A stretch of DNA of 64,000 nucleotides from positions 20,770,001 through 20,834,000 of the forward strand of contig NC_135809.1 in NCBI RefSeq assembly GCF_964213995.1, read 5' to 3'. Source of the DNA: Mustelus asterias. Its lineage: Eukaryota. The number at the start of each line of letters is the position of its first letter. Position 1 is the first letter of the stretch. Below are positions 26,285 through 38,339 of this stretch, in pieces. The translations under genes were made by a program, and so were the position numbers. The notes under the pieces were generated by a model. That model did not search any database, was not told where the DNA came from, and saw nothing but the letters and a program-made list of their open reading frames with translations.

Positions 26285-26995
26285 TGCTGAAAAAAGAGAC
26301 ACGTTGAGCCTTTTCATCTTATAATCATCAGGACACTTCACAAGAATACCAATATAATGTAAAAAAAATTCATAATGTGTGAGAAGGAAGTGCTGATTAG
26401 TTCGCAAGTAAACTGCAAGCAGCCAGCATAATCAAGGACCCCACGCACCCCGGACATTCTCTCTTCCATCTTCTTCCATCAGGAAAAAGATGCAAAAGTC
26501 TGAGGTCATGTAATAATTGACTCAAGAACAGCTTCTTCACTGCTGCCGTCAGACTTTTGAACGGACTTACCTTGCATTAAGTTGATCTTTCTCTACACCC
26601 TAGCTCTGACTGTAACACTACATTCTGCACTCTCTCGTTTCCTTCTCTATGAACGGTATGCTTTGTCTGTATAGTGCGCAAGAAACAATATTTTTCACTG
26701 TATGTTAATACATGTGACAATAATAAATCAAATCAAATCAAATCAAAGACTGATCGGTAGAGGCGTTGCCATGGAGAATGCACCAGGTGACTGCCAGTAA
26801 CAACCAAGCATTTGAAATTTAAACCGGGCGCATTGACTATGATTGGCTAAGGCATTGCCCTGAGGAATGAGTCAGTGAATGGCTGTCACTTATTTTGTTT
26901 AACTGAAATAGGTACAATGTGTGCACCTGTTCCTTCTGTCTGCAAAGAACAAGCCCTTGTGTATTGACATATGAAACTTCCAGTACATGCAGTTG
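26285..26995 (-). mobile_element. Possible third Penelope-like terminal fragment (family E), interrupted by a Rex1 3' end
   Basis: Minus strand reads GTCCTGATGATTATAAGATGAAAAGGCTC at about 26306-26334; extent is uncertain. Confidence 0.4.
26418..26747 (+). mobile_element. Rex1/Babar-type LINE 3' end
   Basis: Closely matches the reverse complement of about 12406-12735; ends AATCAAATCAAATCAAA. Confidence 0.9.
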
Positions 26996-27789
26996 AAGGA
27001 GTCTTGGCATATGCCGGGAAAACAATCTCACACATGGAGGAAGCTCTAATTGTGGTTGAACATTGAGAGACTGGTAACTCATCCTGTTGATTAATCTGAT
27101 TGGATGATTACTGGGTGTGTTGAAGGCCACATGTGTGCAATTGATGATGCCATACAGCTTGGGGAGTCCTTTGATGGTGGCACTGTCCTCTGTGCCTGTG
27201 AGGCTGCATCTGTTGTGAATCATAGAATCATAGAAACCCTACAGTGCAGAAGGAGGCCATTCGGCCCATCGAGTCTGCACCGACCACAATCCCACCCAGG
27301 CCCTACCCCCATATCTGCCGGCTAATCCCTCTAACCTATGCATCGCAGGACACTAAGGGGCAATTTTAGCATGGCCAATCAACCTAACCCGCATATCTTT
27401 GGACTGTGGGAGGAAACCAGAGCACCAGGAGGAAACCCACGCAGACACGAGGAGAATGTGCAAACTCCACACAGACAGTGACCCAAGCCGGGAATCAAAC
27501 CCAGGTCCCTGGAGCTGTGAAGCAGCAGTGCTAACCACTGTGCTACCGTGCTGCCATGTGAAATAAATGTAATGTCCAGCTCTGGCAAAGACAACCTCAG
27601 TGACCTGCAAGATGCAATGATTCACAGCCATTTGCACCATGCAACAAAGCTCTACCCCATCCTTGGAAGGAGGAAAAATCAAAAAGGTTCACGGCCACAG
27701 TGACTTTGACAGCTACTGGCAGGGCAAGGTGACCAGTTCTGCAAGGTGTGAGATCTTCAGTGAGGAGGTCTGTGTCTGTGACCATCTGT
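26995..27789 (-). pseudogene. Decayed PIF/Harbinger (HARBI1-like) DDE transposase
   Basis: Peptides LPVAVKVTVAVNLFDFSSFQG, HCILQVTEVVFARAGHYIYF and GLPKLYGIINCTHVAF...INRMSYQSLNVQ resemble Harbinger GFP..GAIDCTH...NRKG.HS.NVQ; split by a SINE. Confidence 0.8.
27220..27555 (-). mobile_element. HE1-like V-SINE, CR1-type tail
   Basis: Full-length copy. Confidence 0.93.
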
Positions 27790-27977
27790 GATGTGGAGAT
27801 GCCGGCGTTGGACTGGGGTAAACACAGTAAGAAGTCTCACAACACCAGGTTAAAGTCCAACAGGTTTATTTGGTAGCAAAAGCCACAAGCTTTCGGAGCA
27901 GCGCTCCGAATGCTAGTGGCTTTTGCGACCAAATAAACCCGTTGGACTTTAATCTGGTGTTGTGAGACTTCTTACTG
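27790..27977. mobile_element. Penelope-derived inverted-repeat element (family B)
   Basis: About 70-bp arms; TSD TGTGACCATCTG at 27777-27788 and 27978-27989. Confidence 0.85.
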
Positions 27978-28797
27978 TGTGACCATCTGCCCAGAGAGAC
28001 TGGTTCTTGGTCATCTCCAGGTAGTTCCATCTTCAGCGGTAGATCCCATGCTGAAGCTGTGACCTCCATTAATTTCCTGCCCTTGTTCCTCTCCCTTGTC
28101 CTCTTGATGCCCTGGGTTCTGTCTTTCCTGTGGAGAATGTTGCCCCTCATTGCCACTGGCCCCAAATATTTGTTGGCTGTGCCCACAATTGCCAGCTGGA
28201 GCCTTCCTTTTCGACAGGGGGCTGGACCAATGTCACTGGCAGCCTTTCCCCTGCTTTTCGGACCACGCAATAACATGAGGTTGGATGCGGGGCATGATAA
28301 CCTCATTCAGTGCCTGTGCATTGACTGCCCATTCTCCTTGTTTCTGTACAGCACCAAAGGCACCTTCTTTCCAAAGACTAAGACACCCTTTGCACTATTG
28401 ACCCTTCAATGGAGCTGAAGTCATTCCTTGGGCTGACTATCATTGGCTCCCAATACTATACCCATCTCCTTTTGATGAGGCCTGAAAATTCAGCTTCTTC
28501 TGTTTCTAGAAAATGTAGCTCTTAATCTTGGATACTTTTCACAGACTCTTGATATCCAACAGTAATACAATTTCAAGTCATAAATATCATTTGGCCCACT
28601 GTGCTATCCTCTGGCAACTATGTGTATCTCCGTTGCATGATGGAATGGCTTCAGGGAATAAGTGTCAAGTTTCTTTTGGAAACTTCCTCAGGTGCAAGAG
28701 TTCTATTTAAAACAAAACTGCAAAGTGTAGCTAATAGCCGGGTAGAGTCTAGTTCCTAAAATGTCCTGCATTTGTAGCAGAGTTACATAGAATCACA

Positions 28798-28920
28798 GGG
28801 CGGAATTTTTCCATACCACGCGCCACAGGAACTGTAGCGGGCGGGACAGGATCATGCATAGGTCCATTGTCCTTGGATGGGATTTTCCTCTTGGGAAGAG
28901 TGCATTCGGAAAACCCGCCC
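28798..28920. mobile_element. MITE, related to 62923-63043
   Basis: GGGCGGAATTTTTCC ... GGAAAACCCGCCC termini. Confidence 0.6.
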
Positions 28921-28926
28921 ATTGAA

Positions 28927-29249
28927 ACATAGAATCCCTACAGTGCAGGAAGAGGCCATTCTGCCCATTGAGCCTGCACCAACAACAATCCCACCCAGGC
29001 CCTATCCCCATAATCCCAAGTATTTACCCACTAATCCCCCTGACACTAAGGGTCAGTTTAGCATGGCCAATCAACCTAACCCACACATCTTTGGACTGTG
29101 GGAGGAAACCGGAGCACCTGGGGGAAACCAACGCAGACACTGGCAGAACGTGAAAACTCCACACAGACAGTCACCCGAGGCAAGAATTGAACCTGGGTCC
29201 CTGGTGCTGTGAGGCAGCAGTGCGAACCACTGTGCCACCATGCCGCCCC
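28927..29249 (-). mobile_element. HE1-like V-SINE, CR1-type tail
   Basis: Full-length copy. Confidence 0.92.
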
Positions 29250-30019
29250 CAAAAAAAGATAATTCTCAAAAGTAGCTATTTATGCCAGCCTCTCGTTAAT
29301 GTTTTTCTTTTTGTGGCGTTAGACACAATCAGAATTGAAATACAGGAAATTAGAGAAGTGTATCCCTTTGTAACATGATCCACGCTGATTATCCCATCTG
29401 TCCTCGTTGTCATATCATGACACTGAAGGAGGTAAAGAAGTCAGGAATGTTGCGAGGACCACACTAAGCTGCCAATTGGACATGCTCTAAACATGCTGTG
29501 TGGTGCAAATAACATCAGTACTCAAACTGATGGGAAAACTTTAGTTTTTCGGATAAATATTAATACAGCTCATGCTTCTTGTATGGATTAGGGGATTTCT
29601 TACGGATACTGTCACTCGCTTTCATTATATTTAACTCAAAGTTCTACTCGCATGTTGAATAAAGAGAATCAACTAATGCAAATGTCTCAACATATATAGA
29701 TATCAACCTTCTGTTATTTCTATTGAATCCCTTTCTTATTGCTCAATCACCCTTCTTAGTTTGATAAGATTCTATTCAGACGAATGGGAGCTGTTTCTCC
29801 TGGTTTCTTACCTTTTTCTCCTTGAACTGCTGTAGTCCATGTGCTGTAGATAGTGAGGAAGCTCCAGATTCTGACCCAATACCAATGAAACTTAACCCCT
29901 CAAGTCTGTTTAGCCAACCATTCAATGAAATCATGGCTAATTTGAGACCTACATCCTTTGTCCTATATTCCTTAAATGTTTTTATCCAAAGGTATTATCA
30001 ATCTCAGAGTTAAATAATA

Positions 30020-30432
30020 TTGCCCATCCCTAGTTGCCCGAGGGCTGTTAAGAGTCAAGCACATTGCTGCGGCTCTGGAGTCACATGTAGGCCAGAACAG
30101 GTGAGGACGGCAGATTCCCTTCCCTAACGGGCATTAGTGAACCAGATGGATTTGACAAAGGGACATCTGAACATCAGCTCTTTGCTCGCCTTACAGATGC
30201 TGCCAGACCTGCTGAGATTTTCCAGCATTTTCTCTTTTGGTTTCAGTGAACCAGATGGGTTTTTCCAACAATGGTTTGAGGGTGATCAGTAGATTCTTAA
30301 GCCCAGATTTTTTTTATTAGTGAATTCAAATTCCAACATCTGCCACGGTGGGATTCGAACCCGAGTCTCCAGAACATTAGTTGAGTTTCGGGATTGATAG
30401 TCTAGCGATAATACCATTAGGCCATCGTCTCT
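30020..30432 (-). mobile_element. tRNA-derived SINE family D, interrupted by family C
   Basis: Matches 7636-7982. Confidence 0.82.
30150..30244 (+). mobile_element. Penelope-derived short element (family C)
   Basis: CAGATGCTGCCAGACCTGCTGAGATTTTCCAGC; 14-bp TSD AGTGAACCAGATGG at 30136-30149 and 30245-30258. Confidence 0.8.
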
Positions 30433-31324
30433 CCTTTGTTAAAGCTTCCTGGTTTTCCACTTTGTGTTGGCGATTTCTTAGCAGTTAAAAGCTCAACTCT
30501 TGATTTGGAAAGAGTAAGAAACAGAAGCTCATAAATCTCAATCTGTTGGAAAGATGGCATCATCTTCAGAGGCAGTCCCAGGCATTTTTCTGATTTATTA
30601 AGAATGTAAGATGCCAAATGGCACCGTGTCTCCCTGCTGTTCTTAATGGACCACCTGACTGAGGCTTCCATGTGGCCAATGTGCTAAAAACCAACTGTAA
30701 AATCCTAATCCACAAGCACTTGCCATGTCCGCTGCCAGGGATAGTTTATGCCAGTTAGAAATGTGGACGATACAGGTACTGTAGTGCAAACCTTTGCTCA
30801 AAATTATAAAATTAGTCCCATGATGTAAATTCAGTTTGCATATTACCAATCACGCCAATGTGTATGCTGTGTTTACAAAGCTCCAGCCTTGTGCCAGAGC
30901 TTAGTAAGTGGTGTAAATTATACCACCCCATTTAAAGCAATCATCATGTACTCCCTCGATGGCTCGGTGGTTAAATGCAATATTTGATTGATAGTCATAC
31001 CTGCCAAGAAGATCATTTCTCTGGGCTGAGTTCGCTAACCAGAGTGGAGGAATTGCATTAAAGGAAAAAAGTAAAATCAAGTAAGGTTTACTTTACTTTT
31101 ACTTTATTTCTCTGGGCTGAGTTAGCTAATCAGAGTGGAGGAATTGTACTTTCTCTCATTATTGAAAAATCAGCCCAGATTCCTATCCCCAAGCAATGCC
31201 TCATTCTGCCAAACCAGGTCAATACTGTTGACATATCCACTGGGATCGATCCTCCAGTCTACCAAAACATATGATACATCGAAGGACAACTAAGAGATGA
31301 AGAAGGTGGGAAAAGGAGAAGGAG

Positions 31325-31638
31325 GGGCGGCACGGTGGCACAGTGGTTAGCACTGCAGCCTCACAGCTCCAGGGACCCGGGTTCAATTCCTAGCTTGGGT
31401 CACTGTCTGTGTGGAGTTTGCACGTGCTCCCCGTGTTTCCTCTGGATGCTCCGGTTTCCTTCCACACTCCAAAAATGTGCAGGTTAGGTTGATTGGCCAT
31501 GTGTGTCCCAGGATACGTTGGTTAGAGGGATTAGTAGGGTAGGTATGTGAGGTTGCAGGGATAGGGCCTGGGTGGGATTGTTGTCGATGCAGACTCGATG
31601 GGCCAAATGGCCTTCTTCTGCACTGTAGGGATTCTATG
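31325..31638 (+). mobile_element. HE1-like V-SINE, CR1-type tail
   Basis: Near-full copy with small internal deletions. Confidence 0.92.
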
Positions 31639-32106
31639 AGAAAAGAAAGCAAAACATGAAACTTCATCTGTTGCAGACAGAGAAGATAGTGACTCAGTCT
31701 ACTTTTCGACCTCTGCCTTCCTGAGCAGTGTTTGCATGGTCAACAGATGGAATATGTTAGCTGCCTTTCTGAATGCCTCCCCCCCCCCCCCCGCCCCCCC
31801 CCCGTATGCCCCCCTCCCTCTCTAAGTTGCCAAGTCAATTTTGAGGCTTCGCTACTTTATGGCTGCAAGCATACTCTGAGCTGCCACAGAATCAAAGAGC
31901 CTGACCAACCTCCAGACACAGAAAGATGTAGATCCAAGAAAAAGTCCATTCCCTCAACATGGGAAGGTGTAGAAGCTTAAGAAGAACCAACTTTACCAAA
32001 TGATATGCCTGAGCTAAGTGCTAAACAGACCACCAGGAGTATGAAAGGAAAGTCTCCTGAATGATGGATTCCGCCTAAGCGGAACCAATGGCCACCTAAA
32101 AGATTC

Positions 32107-32712
32107 TTGTTCTGGGGAACCGGGTTCAAATTCCACCACAGCAGATGGTGAAATTTGAATACAATAAAATAAATTTGGAATTAAGAATCTACTGATGACC
32201 ATGAAACCATTGTCGGAAATCATAGAATCCCTACAGAGCAGAAGGAGGCCATTTGGCCCATCAAGTTTGCACCAACCACACTCCCACCCAGGCCCTATCC
32301 CCATAACCCTATGTATTTACCCTGCTAGTCCCCCTGGTACTAAGGGGCAATTTAGCATGGCCAATCCACCGAATCCGCACACCTTTGGACTGTGGGAGGA
32401 AAGCGGAGCACCCAAAGGAAACCCACACAGACACGGGAAAAATGTACAAATGCCACACAGGCCCGGGAATTGAAGCCAGATCCCTGGCGCTGGGAGGCAG
32501 CAGTGCTAACCACTGTGCCACCATGCCACGCCATCTGGTTCAATAACATCCTTTAGGGAAGGAAATCTGCCGTCCTTGCCTGGTCTGCCTACATGTGACT
32601 CCAGAGCCACAGCAATGTGGTTGACTCTCAACTGCACTCTGAACAAGGGCAACTCGAGATGGGCAATAAATGCTGGCCAGCCAGCAACGCCCATGTCCTA
32701 TGAATGAACAAC
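32107..32712 (+). mobile_element. tRNA-derived SINE family D, interrupted by an HE1 SINE
   Basis: Family D sequence on both sides of 32220-32530. Confidence 0.82.
32220..32530 (-). mobile_element. HE1-like V-SINE, CR1-type tail
   Basis: Near-full copy. Confidence 0.92.
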
Positions 32713-32789
32713 AAAAATGAATCACAAAAATACTGATTGTATAATTGTATCATTGTATAATGATACTTCATAATTATTCTTCATAAACA

Positions 32790-35686
32790 GGAAGGTGGGT
32801 TGAAGTGTGTCTACTTCAATGCAAGGAGCATCCGGAACAAGGTAGATGAACTTGGGGCGTGGATTGGTACTTGGGACTACGATGTTGTGGCCATTACGGA
32901 GACGTGGGTAGAACAAGGACAGGAATAGTTGTTGGACGTTCCGGGGTATAGATGTTTCAGTAAGTGTAGGGAAGCTGGTAAAAGAGGTGGAGGAGTAGCA
33001 TTGTTAATCAAGGATAGTTTAACGGCTGCGGAAAGGCACTTCGAGGGGGATCTGCACACTGAGGTAATATGGGCTGAGGTTAGAAATAGGAAAGGAGCGG
33101 TCACGTTGTTAGGAGTTTACTATAGGCCCCCAAATAGTAATAGAGATATGGAGGAAGAAATTGCTAAGCAGATTATGGATATGTGTGGGGGTCACAGGGT
33201 AGTTGTCATGGGGGACTTTAACTTTCCAAATATTGATTGGAACCTTTGTAGGTCAAATAGTTCGGATAGGGCAGTTTTTGTGCAGTGTGTGCAGGAGGGT
33301 TTCCTGACACAATATGTGGATAGGCCGACAAGAGGTGAGGCCACATTGGATTTGGTACTGGGAAATGAACCGGGCCAAGTGTTAGATTTGGTTGTGGGAG
33401 AGCACTTTGGAGATAGTGACCACAATTCGGTGTCTTTTGTTATTGCAATGGAGAGGGATAGGGCCGTACGGCAGGGCAAGGTTTACAATTGGGGGAGAGG
33501 TAATTATGATGCGATTAGGCAAGAATTAGGGGGCATAAGTTGGGAACAGAAACTGTCAGGGAAAGGCACTAATGAAAAGTGGAACTTTTTCAAGGAACAA
33601 ATATTGGGTGTCCTTGATAGGTATGTCCATGTCAGGCAGGGAGGAAATGGCCGAGTGAGGGAACCATGGTTCACGAAAGAGGTGGAATGTCTTGTGAAAA
33701 GGAAGAGGGAAGCTTATGTAGGGATGAGGAAACAAGGTTCAGATAGCTCGATTGAGGGTTACAAGTTAGCAAGGAAAGAGCTGAAAAAGGGGCTTAGGAG
33801 AGCTCGGAGGGGACATGTGAAGTCCTTGGCGGGTCGGATCAAGGAAAACCCCAAAGCTTTTTACTCTTATGTGAGGAATAAAAGAATGACCAGGGTGAGG
33901 TTAGGGCCGGTCAAGGACAGTAGTGGGAACTTGTGTATGGAGTCAGTAGAGATAGGCGAGGTGATGAATGAATACTTTTCTTCAGTGTTCACCAAGGAGA
34001 GGGGCCATGTTTTTGAGGAAGAGAAGGTGTTACAGGCTAATAGGCTGGAAGAAATAGATGTTCGGAGGGAGGATGCCCTGGCAGTTTTGAATAAACTGAA
34101 GGTCGATAAGTCCCCTGGGCCTGATGAAATATATCCTAGGATTCTTTGGGAGGTAAGGGATGAGATTGCAGAGCCTTTGGCTTTGATCTTTGGGTCCTTG
34201 CTGTCCACGGGGATGGTGCCAGAGGACTGGAGAATGGCGAATGTTGTTCCTCTGTTTAAGAAAGGGAATAGAAAGGACCCTGGTAATTATAGACCGGTTA
34301 GTCTTACTTCGGTAGTTGGTAAATTGATGGAAAAGGTCCTTAGGGATGGGATTTACGACCATTTAGAAAGATGCGGATTAATCCGGGATAGTCAGCACGG
34401 ATTCATGAAGGGCAAGTTGTGCCTCACAAATTTGATAGAATTTTTTGAGGAGGTAACTAAGTGTGTTGATGAAGGTAGGGCAGTTGATGTCATATACATG
34501 GATTTTAGTAAGGCGTTTGATAAGGTCCCCCATGGTCGGCTTATGATGAAAGTGAGGAGGTGTGGGATAGAGGGAAAGTTGGCCGATTGGATAGGTAACT
34601 GGCTGTCTGACCGAAGACAGAGGGTGGTGGTGGATGGAAAATTTTCGGATTGGAGGCAGGTTGCTAGCGGAGTGCCACAGGGATCAGTGCTTGGTCCTCT
34701 GCTCTTAGTGATTTTTATGAATGACTTAGAGGAGGGGGCTGAAGGGTGGATCAGTAAATTTGCTGATGACACCAAGATTGGTGGAGTAGTGGATGAGGTG
34801 GAGGGCTGTTGTAGGCTGCAAAGAGACAGAGATAGGATGCAAAGCTGGGCTGAAAAATGGCAAATGGAGTTTAACCCTGATAAATGTGAGGTGATTCATT
34901 TTGGTAGGACTAATTTAAATGTGGATTACAGGGTCAAAGGTAGGGTTCTGAAGACTGTGGAGGAACAGAGAGATCTTGGGGTCCATATCCACAGATCTCT
35001 AAAGGTTGCCACTCAAGTGGATAGAGCTGTGAAGAAGGCCTATAGTGGCTGTGAAGAAGGCCTATAGTGTGTTAGCTTTTATTAACAGGGGGTTGGAGTT
35101 TAAGAGCCGTGGGGTTATGCTGCAACTGTACAGGACCTTGGTGAGACCACATTTGGAATATTGTGTGCAGTTCTGGTCACCTCACTATAAGAAGGATGTG
35201 GAAGCACTGGAAAGAGTGCAGAGGAGATTTACCAGGATGCTGCCTGGTTTGGAGGGTAGGTCTTATGAGGAAAGGTTGAGGGAGCTAGGGCTGTTCTCTC
35301 TGGAGCGGAGGAGGCTGAGGGGAGACTTAATAGAGGTTTATAAAATGATGAAGGGGATAGATAGAGTGAACGTTCAAAGACTATTTCCTCGGGTGGATGG
35401 AGCTATTGCAAGGGGGCATAACTATAGGGTTCGTGGTGGGAGATATAGAAAGGATATCAGAGGTAGGTTCTTTACGCAGAGAGTGGTTGGGGTGTGGAAT
35501 GGACTGCCTGCAGTGATAGTGGAGTCAGACACTTTAGGAACATTTAGGCGGTTCTTGGATAGGCACATGGAGCACACCAGGATGATAGGGAGTGGGATAG
35601 CTTGATCTTGGTTTCAGATAAAGCTCGGCACAACATCGTGGGCCGAAGGGCCTGTTCTGTGCTGTACTGTTCTATGTTCTATGTTC
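32790..35686 (+). mobile_element. CR1 LINE with essentially complete ORF2 (APE endonuclease + RT)
   Basis: LKCVYFNARSIRNK, AITETW, GDFNFP, DSDH, SGVPQGSVLGP, KFADD, HLEYCVQFWSP; (TTCTATG)n tail. Confidence 0.96.
32803..35605 (+). pseudogene. CR1 ORF2 disrupted by one premature stop and one frameshift
   Basis: TAG at 32926-32928; 22-bp tandem duplication at 35026-35069 separates ORFs 32929-35067 and 35045-35605. Confidence 0.9.
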
Positions 35687-36637
35687 ATATTGAGTAAGAG
35701 TTGAAGTTAATAGTAGTTGTCGAAGGTCGACTTGATTTTGCAGAATATGGAAAAGGGTTTTCTGTCTTTTATGGCCCCACAAAACTAAATTTAAATATGT
35801 TCTTTCTGATCGAGTTCCACTTCAGCTAAACTCATGGCTGCTACCATATAAAAGACACACAATACCATTCTGCCCATTTGAGCACAGAAATTGGTAAAAT
35901 ATTTGGCATCTGAAGCCAATTTACATATTAAAAGGGTCTAACGCTTAACGACCACTCCTCCTGCTGGACAGTAAGCTTGGAGAAATATACACACTGTCAA
36001 TGGTAAGTCGCTCTCCACCATTTTTAGGAGTGCTATTGCCTCACTGCTGATCGGCGAGAGACATTAAAATCCCTCTCTGGGGCGACATTTTCTGATCAGT
36101 GTTACTGTGATGTCAAGGGATTGCAACTTGTATTGAAATAATACTGCCAGAAAATCGAACCTCTGGTGTCTGGATTACATCATTAAAGTTTCCAAAACAA
36201 CCCATTCATAAAATTGGGCAACCCAGTCCCAGCAGGCTCAGAGAATGTGGCAATGAGATCCAACAAATGAGACCAATAAAAAAAGAGTGGGGGGGGGGAG
36301 GGGATGGTAGTGGAGGGCAGGAGGCAGAATGCAATAAGTAAACACTTAATCAACAGAAGATATTTCAAAAATAGTTTGGTTGTGACTAGGATCTTTTACA
36401 AGCTGTGAGTCACTGCGTGTAGAGATTCTTCCACTATTTTTAGGGCTGATGATTCTCTGAGGCTATTGATATTATTATCATTCCAATGATCACTGTTATG
36501 GCATGCTGCTCACTGCTGACAGGAACCTGCTTTAGTTTATAGAATACTCCATTCCAGTTCATTTTCTTCAGCTACTTAATCAGATATTCCATCCATCGCA
36601 GAATATTTAAAGATATCTCATAACAGCCTCCACAGTC

Positions 36638-36905
36638 ACAGCGGAATGGTGGCACCCTGGTTAACACTGCTGCTTCACAGCAGTTCGATTCTCAGCTTGG
36701 GTCACTGTCTGTATGGAGTTTGCACGTTCTCCCTGTGTGCGCGTGGGTTTCCCCCGGGTGCTCCGGTTTCCTCCCACATTCTGAAAGACATGCTGGTTAG
36801 GTGCATTGACCCAAACAGGTGCCGAACTGTGGCGACTGGGGGAATTTCACAGTAACTTCATTGCAGTGTTAATGTAAGCCTTACTTGTGACTAATAAATA
36901 AACTT
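36638..36905 (+). mobile_element. HE1-like V-SINE, type 2 tail
   Basis: Ends CTTGTGACTAATAAATAAACT. Confidence 0.88.
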
Positions 36906-36909
36906 TTTT

Positions 36910-37200
36910 TGCTGCCTCACAGTGCCAGGGACCCGGGTTCAATTCCAGCCTCGGGCCAATGTCTGTGTGCAGTTTGCACATTCTCCTCCTGTCTGCATGG
37001 GTTTCCTCCGGGTGCTCCGGTTTCCTCCCACACTCCAACGGTGTGCAAATTAGGTAGAATGGCCCTGCTAAATTGCCCCTTAATGTCAGGGGGTCTAGCA
37101 GGCTAAATGCTTTACGGGGACAGGGCCTGGAATGGATTGTTGTCGATGTGGACTTGATGGTCTGATTAGCTTCCTTCTGCACTGTAGGGATTCCATGATT
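36910..37200 (+). mobile_element. HE1-like V-SINE, CR1-type tail, 5'-clipped
   Basis: Starts TGCTGCCTCACAG directly after the preceding SINE. Confidence 0.88.
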
Positions 37201-37454
37201 TAATGAACAGCGAGCTGTTCTGACTGTTTCTGTCGCAATCGTAAAATGTCCCCTAACTGGGTCCTTAATTGCACAAATTGGCTACCTACTTCTGGAGAGC
37301 AGGGAATGTGTCAGGGAACCATCTTGATATGGGTCCCTCCCTATTTTCATAGCGCCCAACTCCCCTCCCCCCCACCACCTTCAACCTCATCTCTGTGGGG
37401 TTTCCAAATCTGAAGTTAAAAGATTGAAGTTCCACATCAGAAATTAAGGATAAT

Positions 37455-37985
37455 ATCCCAGTGCAGTATTGAGGAAATGCTGCACCGTCGAAGATGTTGT
37501 TGTTTTCTGGATGAGATGTTAAACGCAGATCCTGTCTGCCGTGCCATGTGGATGTTAGATATTTCATGGCACTATTGGAAGAGGAGAAGGAATTTCTATC
37601 TGGTCAACATTTATCACTCAACCAATGTCGTCAAAATAATTTCTGGTTGTTTATCTTTTGCTGTTTGTGGATTCTTGATGTGCACAACATGGGCAACACA
37701 TTAGAACCAACGTTTCGAGTCTAGAATACCCGCGGACAAAGGGCTATCGAGACTCGAAACGTTGAATCTATTCTCTCTCCACAGATGCTGTCAGACCTGC
37801 TGAGTTTTTCCAGCATTTTCTGTTTTTGTTTCAGATTCCAACATCCGCAGTATTTCGCTTTTATCTTGGGGAACACATTGCCCTGTGTTACTATTGTGCT
37901 TGCATTTTTAAAATACTTAATTGACGGAAGCACTTTTGGCATCAAGAGGTCATGAAATAACCAATACAAATGCATAGTTTTGCCT
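37455..37985 (+). mobile_element. Old DeuSINE-like (SacSINE1/AmnSINE1-type) element, interrupted by family C
   Basis: CCCAGTGCAGTATTGAGGAAATGCTGCAC...GGATGAGATGTTAAAC...CATGGCACTATT...TTGCTGTTTGTGG resembles the Deu-domain consensus as recalled, not searched. Confidence 0.65.
37703..37866 (+). mobile_element. Penelope-derived short element (family C) with short inverted 5' piece
   Basis: CAACGTTTCGAGTCT...AGACTCGAAACGTTG; TSD TGGG(C/G)AACACATT at 37690-37702 and 37867-37879. Confidence 0.82.
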
Positions 37986-38009
37986 TTTTCACTAATAAAG
38001 AGTAGTATT

Positions 38010-38326
38010 AGTTTAGTTTTATTAGTTTATTTATTAGTGTCACAAGTAGACTTACATTAACGCTACAATGAAGTTACTGTGAAAATCCCCTACTCGCCAC
38101 ACTCCAGCGCCTGTTTGGCTACACTGAGGGAAAATTTAGCATGGCCAATGCACCTAACCAGCACATCTTTCAGACTCTGGGAGGAAACCGGAGCACCCGG
38201 AAGAAATCCAGACAGACACAGGGAGAATGTGCAAACTTCACACAGACAGTGACTCAAGCTGGGAATCAAACTCAGGTCCTTGGCGCTGTGAGGCAGCAGT
38301 GCTAACGACTGTGCTATCATGCCGCC
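38010..38326 (-). mobile_element. HE1-like V-SINE, type 2 tail
   Basis: Full-length copy. Confidence 0.9.
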
Positions 38327-38339
38327 ATCTGAACTGTGT

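Noticed and set aside
33192-34775. Antisense ORFs over CR1 RT (also at 44279-45118 and 49774-51061)
   Set aside because: These are shadow frames of the RT coding sequence.
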